NCBI GenBank assembly: GCA_043821645.1
Contig: JBDRCO010000037.1
Span: 64,001-128,000, forward strand
Reading direction: 5' to 3'
Origin: Pseudomonadota bacterium
Lineage (GTDB): Bacteria; Myxococcota; JACRCW01; JAFGSX01
DNA length: 64,000 nt
Both the position numbers and the translations under genes were made by a program. Numbering within the stretch: the stretch's first letter is position 1; every line of letters starts with the position of its first letter. The notes under the pieces were generated by a model. The model ran no database searches and was not told the DNA's origin. It saw only the letters and a program-made list of their open reading frames with translations. Of the stretch, positions 58,146 through 64,000 are shown in pieces.

Positions 58146-60341
58146 ATGGGTGTCCGTTCAAGCACTGCGTCCCCGGTCTCCGTTCATAGCTCGTCAACGC
58201 CATCAACAGTCCCGGCGGCCACAGTGGACAGCGACGTCAACACGACGGGGTCGGGCACTGCGCCCGGGGCGATCGTGGACGTCGATGGCGCGGCCTGGCG
58301 AGATTTTCAGGGCAGCGGTCGGCCCGAGGCGCGCATCCAGGGCCTGAGCACGTCGGCCATGACCTCCACCGGTCTCATCGACGTGCAGTGGGATAAGCCC
58401 GGCGACGCCGTGACCTTCGAGCTGGCGGTCGAGGTCACCGGGGACCCATCCAAGGTCCGGGCCGAGCTGTGGACCAATGCCAATCACAACGCTGAACCTG
58501 CCCGCTACGATGCACTACCCATGACCCTGGCCCGGGTTGACGGGCGCACAGCCGTGTACCGGATCGAGCTGCCTATCGAGAAGCTCGGCAACTACAGAGC
58601 CACCGCCCGGCTGTCTGTTGACGACGGACGCAGCTTCCAGTGGGCTGGTGAGCAAGGTATCCCGGACCTGCGCTTCCGGCCACGCGACGAATCCCACGAC
58701 GCCATGAAGATGGTCGAGGTCAACGTCGGTAACGTCAACTTCGATTCGTCGACGGGCCGACTGGGCACCTTTGCGGACATGATGGAGCCGGGGACGCCCG
58801 AGACCACTGGCAAGTACACCCTCGAGTGGCTGGCCGAGCAGGGCAAGACCGATATCTGGCTGCAGCCGCCCTTCGAGGTCTCCACCATCAACCGTCACCC
58901 CGATGACGACTCGGGCAGCCCCTACGCGGTCAAGGACTTCTTCTCGGTGCGGACCGAGTACTCGCGAGCAGGTCGAGACCTGCAGGGCGAGGACGCCCGG
59001 AACGCGGCCAGCGCGGAGTTCAAGGCCTTCGTGGCCAGGGCGCACAGCCTGGGCATCCAGGTCCACCTCGATGTGGCCCTCAATCATGTCGGCCACAACT
59101 ACGACTTTCGCGATCTGTTCGTGCGCTACGACAACGCGGGCCGCGAGATCCGCGAGGTGCGCAAGGACGACTACGCCAACCTGGCCGTTGGCGATCAGCT
59201 CGAGGTGATCAAGCGCCGCCTCGCCGACCCCAACCTGCCACGCTACATGGAGTACGTCGCGCCCTGGATGTACGGTTCGCGCTTCGGTAACGCGCACGGT
59301 GCCCAGAGCGTCGACGAGAAGGCGGCCGGGGGCTGGGGTCAGTGGTACGACACGGCCCAGCTCAACCATGGCGGACACTTTGGTGAGGAGCCCCACCCCG
59401 AGTCCCAGGAGGCTGCGGCGGTGCGCGGCTGGCTGACCCGCGTGCTGCAGTACTGGTCCGTGGACATGGACGTCGACGGTTTCCGTCTTGACCACTTGAC
59501 CGGCCTGCCAACGCGCTTTCTCGAGGAGGCCTTCAACCTGGCCCAGGCCGACGTGGACAGGCATCAGCCCGGCAAGCGTCTGTTCGTGATGGGCGAGGAT
59601 TTCCACAACGTCGACAACACCCGTCACTACCTCGACGCCATCCAGGGCGGGTGGTTCCACAACTTCATTCGGGCACAGACACCGGCGGACCTCGAGCACA
59701 TCGTCCAGGACCCCAACTTCAAGCGCAACCTGCTCAACCTCTCCAGCCACGACGAGGAGCGCTTCATCAACGCCTTCGGTGAGAACTACCGCGCAGCCAC
59801 GCGACTGGGCTGCCTGCTTCATTTATTCGGTGGTCCGTCGATGGAGGTGGCAGGCGACGAGTTCGGCGAGCGCCAGAAGATGCTGTTCAAGCAGCTGCGT
59901 GGCCTGCCCGCTCTGCGTTCCATCGACAGCGTCAAGAAGGAGATCGCCACCGCCTACCGTCGTGCCAGCAAGGCCACCCGGACCTTGCCAGCCCTGCAAG
60001 ATGACAATCGCGTGTTCCTGCAACCCCGGACCGGCGGTCCCGATCCGCACCTGCTCGCCGTGAGCCGCAATGTCGACGCGAACAAGCCCGGTCAAGCCGT
60101 GCTGGTCGTCGCCAACCTTCACAACGATCGGACGCGCGAGAATGCCTTCAAGCTCGACGACGAGACGCGGCGTCGCATCGATCCCGATCGACGCTATCAG
60201 GTGCGAGATCTGATGGCCGATGATCCGCATGCTTCGCTGTGGGATCCGCCTCTCCTGGGGCGAGAGCTTCTCGAAGGTGGCCTGTTCTGTCGCCTGCGCC
60301 CCTACCAGATCCAGGTGCTGGATCTGCAGCCCGTCGACTGA
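58146..60341 (+). CDS. Alpha-amylase family (GH13) glycoside hydrolase
   Basis: AGGAGG RBS. GSPYAVKDFF, LDVALNH, DGFRLDH (nucleophile Asp), MGEDF (acid/base Glu) and SSHDE. Ser/Thr-rich N-terminus with no signal peptide. Confidence 0.9.
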   Translation: MGVRSSTASPVSVHSSSTPSTVPAATVDSDVNTTGSGTAPGAIVDVDGAAWRDFQGSGRPEARIQGLSTSAMTSTGLIDVQWDKPGDAVTFELAVEVTGDPSKVRAELWTNANHNAEPARYDALPMTLARVDGRTAVYRIELPIEKLGNYRATARLSVDDGRSFQWAGEQGIPDLRFRPRDESHDAMKMVEVNVGNVNFDSSTGRLGTFADMMEPGTPETTGKYTLEWLAEQGKTDIWLQPPFEVSTINRHPDDDSGSPYAVKDFFSVRTEYSRAGRDLQGEDARNAASAEFKAFVARAHSLGIQVHLDVALNHVGHNYDFRDLFVRYDNAGREIREVRKDDYANLAVGDQLEVIKRRLADPNLPRYMEYVAPWMYGSRFGNAHGAQSVDEKAAGGWGQWYDTAQLNHGGHFGEEPHPESQEAAAVRGWLTRVLQYWSVDMDVDGFRLDHLTGLPTRFLEEAFNLAQADVDRHQPGKRLFVMGEDFHNVDNTRHYLDAIQGGWFHNFIRAQTPADLEHIVQDPNFKRNLLNLSSHDEERFINAFGENYRAATRLGCLLHLFGGPSMEVAGDEFGERQKMLFKQLRGLPALRSIDSVKKEIATAYRRASKATRTLPALQDDNRVFLQPRTGGPDPHLLAVSRNVDANKPGQAVLVVANLHNDRTRENAFKLDDETRRRIDPDRRYQVRDLMADDPHASLWDPPLLGRELLEGGLFCRLRPYQIQVLDLQPVD

Positions 60342-60489
60342 TTCTCCTGAAGTTGCGGAGTTTTCTCGAAGGCGATGAACCCGGAGCGTGTCCACGCTTG
60401 GCTGGACCGCTGTCCCTCGATACCTTGCCGGCGCCGGTGGGCACCGCGTTGATCGGGCTGACCTTGCACAGACGGAGGCGTGGGCAGGC

Positions 60490-61494
60490 GTGGCAGAGAA
60501 CGACAACCAGAGGCGCTACCCGCGCATCGATGCCGCGGTGACCGCTCGCCTCAGCGGTGGACGGCGCAGCCTCGCCCTGCAGACCGTCAACGTGAGTCGA
60601 AATGGCGTGTTCGTGCGCACCGAGCAGCCCCTGCCCGAGCGCCACCTGATCAAGCTCTGCTTCCAGATCCCCGGCGGACGCACCATCGACGTCGTGGGCA
60701 TGGTGGCGCGCTCGAGTGCATCCGGCGATGGACATCCCCTCGGCGTGGGCATGGGTATCAACTTCTTTGCCATGTCCAAGGACGACCGCCGGGACTGGGA
60801 TCGCTTCTGCTTGGAGCTGGAGCGCAAGCCGCACTACCGGGCCAGCCTCGAGCGGGACGAGGAGCAGGCGAGGGAAACGGCACAAGCTGGCCTGCTGCCC
60901 TCCGAACCCGATGCTCCGGCTGCACCGTCCACGCCAGGTGTGTCTCCGGCGAGTGTGCTCACATCCGCGCCTGCGACCGGACAGGGCGGCCTTGTGAACA
61001 GTGCCGAGCTGGCTCCCGGTTTTTCTGCACCGCTGGAGGGGCTCGAAGAACTGGACGATCTCGACGTGGAGGTCGAGGCGTCGGAAGAGGTCGAGGTTCC
61101 CCTGGTCCCCTCGGTGCCATCCTGGGGCGAGACCGACGATGATCTGGACGTCACCTTCATCTCCGACGACATCGAGATCACCGTCCTCGTGGACGAGTAC
61201 GAGACCTCCGTCGACGATCCCGGCGCGCGCATCAGTGATGAAGTGTCGCTGGATCCCAACTCCCCGCACACCCACACGGCACTTGGGCGCGTCCTGCTCG
61301 AGCAGCTGGAGGACCCGGACTCGGCCGTCAAGGCGCTGCAGCGGGCCCTGGAGTGCGACCCCGACTACCTCGAGGCCCACCAGTTGCTGCGCCTGGCCTA
61401 TGCCCTGCTCGGGCAGTCCGAGAAGGCGATGGAGCACCTGCGCATCGCCAGGCGGCTCGAACACATCGTCCCGGATGAGGCTGGGCGCTTCTGA
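60490..61494 (+). CDS. PilZ-domain protein with acidic linker and C-terminal TPRs
   Basis: RRYPR and NVSRNGVF (RxxxR and D/NxSxxG c-di-GMP motifs), GMGINF, and TPR helices (HTALGRVL...ALECDP...AHQLL...A). GTG start with GGAGG RBS. Confidence 0.85.
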   Translation: MAENDNQRRYPRIDAAVTARLSGGRRSLALQTVNVSRNGVFVRTEQPLPERHLIKLCFQIPGGRTIDVVGMVARSSASGDGHPLGVGMGINFFAMSKDDRRDWDRFCLELERKPHYRASLERDEEQARETAQAGLLPSEPDAPAAPSTPGVSPASVLTSAPATGQGGLVNSAELAPGFSAPLEGLEELDDLDVEVEASEEVEVPLVPSVPSWGETDDDLDVTFISDDIEITVLVDEYETSVDDPGARISDEVSLDPNSPHTHTALGRVLLEQLEDPDSAVKALQRALECDPDYLEAHQLLRLAYALLGQSEKAMEHLRIARRLEHIVPDEAGRF

Positions 61495-63132
61495 TCAGCT
61501 GTGTGTGTCGACGACGAGGACCTGGTCGCCTGGCACCATGTTCAGGGCCCCGGTCGCGGGATCGCGAACCGCGAGTCGGTAATTCAGCTGGCTGCCGAAG
61601 GGGAGACTGACCGGATCCTGTGGCCGGAACGGGGGCGAGCTGCCCGAGGGCGAGGTGTTGATCGGGATGCCCGGGGCGCCGGCTGGCGTGCGCGCCGCGA
61701 CCTCGGGATGGTCGGCGACCAGGTAGACCTCACGGCCAGGAAAGGCGCGGCCCAGGGCGCTCAGGTCCAGGTTCACACGAGGCCAGCCGGGTAGGGCTTG
61801 CAGGGTGTGCACCAGATCCTCGGCCTGCTCCGTGTACTGGTCGTCGTACTTGCGCAGCAGGTGCAGGAAGTTCGCCAGGTAGGCGCGACCCGTGTAGTTG
61901 TCGTCGACACGCTTGCTGTCGACGAAGATGAAGCTCTCGTCGTTGCTGGGTGTCTTTTTGTCCGAGCCCATGGCCGCCACGGTCCAGTTCCCCGCCCCGG
62001 TCAGCACCTTCATGTCCTTGAGCCCGAACAGCACGCTCTTGCCGTGCACTGCCGAGAAGGGGTTGGCGGTGTTGCACAGCTCGAAGGTGCGGATGCCCGC
62101 GGCCTCGAGCAGCTCGTCCGTCGGATCGTCGCCGGCCGGGCGGCCGTAGGCCATCACGGGCTGCCCCCGCTCGTCGACACCATCGGACTTGCGGCGATCG
62201 GTGATCGCCAGCACGGTGACCCCGCGCTCCTTGGCCTTCTTGAGCTTGTCGACCAGCGTCTCGGCCTGACCGCGTGCGCGCAGGTTGTGCAGCTCGAACA
62301 CGGACACCAGGATCAGCTCCTGTTCCTTGTCTATCCACTCGAACAGCTTGTCGACCGGTGACGTGCTTCCCTGGCGATGCGGGGTGAAGAGCACGTTCAC
62401 GGGCTGGCTGTCGTCCCAGACGTTGGTGGCCTGGGCGTGATCGCGCACCTCGAAGAAGCGCGTCTCGTAGCGGCGAACCATCGCCGCGTCGGTCATGATG
62501 TTGACGTTTTCCTCGTTGGTGACCGGCGCCCCTCCTGGATTGAGCGAGCCCGACAGCACCTTCTGGCGGCTCTCGCCACTGTCCGGGTCCTTCCAGTGAA
62601 AAATGCGCGATTTCATGTGCATCAGACTGCGCTTGTCGATGCCGACGAGATGCGCTCCGCGGAGGGTCGCGGCGTCCACGTCCTTGTCGCTGCGCAGCAC
62701 GGTCAGACCCCGGGCCTCAAACCAGTCATCCACCTTGTTCCAGGGCCTGTCGTCCCGGATCTGATCTGACTCCACCAGCACCTGCACCTCGACTCCGGCC
62801 TCCACCGCCTCGAACAGCTTCTGGACGATGTCGTCGTTGCGCAGGTTGAACACCATGTACTGGATGCGGTACGGGCTCTCGCCCGACGGATACACCGTGC
62901 TGTCGGCTCGCCGCGCCGCAATGACCTCATCGATGCACCTGGCCTCGTAGCCGTAGGCATCCTCGTGCGGTGTGAAGAACACCTCGAAGGGCCTGTCCAC
63001 CGTCCCGTCGTATCCGTCGGCGGCGGTTCCCGGGACGGTCAGTGGCGACCCGGGAACGACCGGTGGCCTCGTTGTGGTCGGTGCGGGTACTCTCAGGGTC
63101 GGTGCGGACAGGCTGGGTGTGCGGACAGACAT
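61495..63132 (-). CDS. Phospholipase D-superfamily protein (two HxK motifs) with degenerate CBM20-like C-terminus
   Basis: MHMK...SGSLN and VHGK...TGAGNWT. VFFTP/VLFTP strands precede each half. Pro/Thr-rich N-terminus with no signal peptide. Confidence 0.85.
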   Translation of the reverse strand: MSVRTPSLSAPTLRVPAPTTTRPPVVPGSPLTVPGTAADGYDGTVDRPFEVFFTPHEDAYGYEARCIDEVIAARRADSTVYPSGESPYRIQYMVFNLRNDDIVQKLFEAVEAGVEVQVLVESDQIRDDRPWNKVDDWFEARGLTVLRSDKDVDAATLRGAHLVGIDKRSLMHMKSRIFHWKDPDSGESRQKVLSGSLNPGGAPVTNEENVNIMTDAAMVRRYETRFFEVRDHAQATNVWDDSQPVNVLFTPHRQGSTSPVDKLFEWIDKEQELILVSVFELHNLRARGQAETLVDKLKKAKERGVTVLAITDRRKSDGVDERGQPVMAYGRPAGDDPTDELLEAAGIRTFELCNTANPFSAVHGKSVLFGLKDMKVLTGAGNWTVAAMGSDKKTPSNDESFIFVDSKRVDDNYTGRAYLANFLHLLRKYDDQYTEQAEDLVHTLQALPGWPRVNLDLSALGRAFPGREVYLVADHPEVAARTPAGAPGIPINTSPSGSSPPFRPQDPVSLPFGSQLNYRLAVRDPATGALNMVPGDQVLVVDTHS

Positions 63133-63218
63133 GGACACTCCAGGGCGCGATGCTCACCTGCAATGACAGCATCCCTGGGGTCATCCGACAAGCAGGACAG
63201 GGCGCTCGCGCCCCGGGC

Positions 63219-63827
63219 TCAACCGTCGTCGAACAGAGCTGTGTAATACGGGATGACCTGTACCATCTCGGTCAGAGGCAGCGCACGCAGGCGCTGCAAC
63301 CAGGGTTGTGCCCTGGGCAGGGTGAGCTCTCGTCCCCTCAAGTGAGCACGGACCAGGTCGCAGCCGTACAGGTCCCCCTTGTCGTCGAAGCTATGACCAA
63401 AAAGCCGGCACACCAGTGGCCGCGTTGCGTAGCACCCGCACTGCCCATTCGCGTCGAGGACAGGGCAGCGAAATTGCAGTTTCTGATCCAGGGGTGCGCT
63501 CCCCCCGAATCCGGGCAGGGCCTGGATGCGCGGACCCAGTTCCCGCATCAAGGCCCGGGAACGCTCCCGCACGGGCTCCAGCGCATGCTGAACCTGGAGT
63601 TCGTGAACGAGGGCCAGGTATTCCAGGGGAGTGATGCGCGGGCTCGAGGTGCAGCAGGCGTCGCACCCGGCGTGGCAGGGGAGGGACAGGTCGTCCGAAC
63701 GATGGGTCAGGGCCCGATCAGACTCTTGTTGCAGCCGGTGAAGCCCATCCAGGGCTCGCTTCAGATCCACGCCGAGCGCGTGAGCGGCCTGAACACAGCG
63801 CTCGAGGTGTGTCGTCGGACCTGTCAT
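63219..63827 (-). CDS. YkgJ-family cysteine-cluster protein
   Basis: CHAGCDACC...CPVL...QCGCY..RPLVCRLFG. Confidence 0.88.
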   Translation of the reverse strand: MTGPTTHLERCVQAAHALGVDLKRALDGLHRLQQESDRALTHRSDDLSLPCHAGCDACCTSSPRITPLEYLALVHELQVQHALEPVRERSRALMRELGPRIQALPGFGGSAPLDQKLQFRCPVLDANGQCGCYATRPLVCRLFGHSFDDKGDLYGCDLVRAHLRGRELTLPRAQPWLQRLRALPLTEMVQVIPYYTALFDDG

Positions 63828-63903
63828 GGCGACATTGTGTCACGACGCGGGGCGCAGGTCTGCACAGTGGACCGCGCATACGAGCTGTGCGACAAATGAC
63901 ACC

Positions 63904-64000
63904 ATGACGACGACCCGATCGGACATCGAGACGGCTGTGACCCTCGACGAACGCCTGGAGGAACTCGTGCAGCTCCGATCCCTGGCCGATGCGGCAGACG
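63904..64000 (+). CDS. Probable start of a gene running off the window
   Basis: Open frame MTTTRSDIETAVTLDERLEELVQLRSLADAAD reaching the edge. Confidence 0.4.
   Translation, partial: MTTTRSDIETAVTLDERLEELVQLRSLADAAD

Noticed and set aside
61495..63132. PLD, HD protein and helicase as an anti-phage defence system
   Set aside because: They are far apart and not in an operon. The helicase is an ordinary DeaD type, and there are no methylase, ATPase or island features.

Overview
High-GC bacterial chromosomal segment, densely coding (about 47 genes). It most likely comes from a Myxococcota-type (deltaproteobacterial) organism, inferred from four MYXO-CTERM-like C-terminal tags, CxC-type lipoboxes, a TraB-like OmpA/TSP3 protein and a CglB/MtsD-like VWA lipoprotein. 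Housekeeping and metabolic genes (IscS-type desulfurase, stand-alone PduL, Mo-oxidoreductase, ZIP, AGCS and MFS transporters, hybrid kinase, DEAD-box helicase, rpmE-DUF1385-prfA) are interspersed with many surface proteins. The surface proteins include a TSP3 adhesin plus TraB-like pair, a VWA plus Cys-rich operon, a 7-repeat propeller lipoprotein, and a 12-blade NHL lipoprotein with nine Cys-closed variable loops. Six secreted proteins carry Asp-periodic stalks, in five cases directly next to the predicted membrane anchor. Four proteins lack a signal peptide but have unusual N-termini: a 1176-aa Ig-repeat protein, an EF-hand-like/HD protein, a GH13 and a PLD with a CBM20-like tail. I saw no rRNA, tRNA, CRISPR array, transposase or integrase. 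All family calls come from motif recognition by eye, not from database searches.
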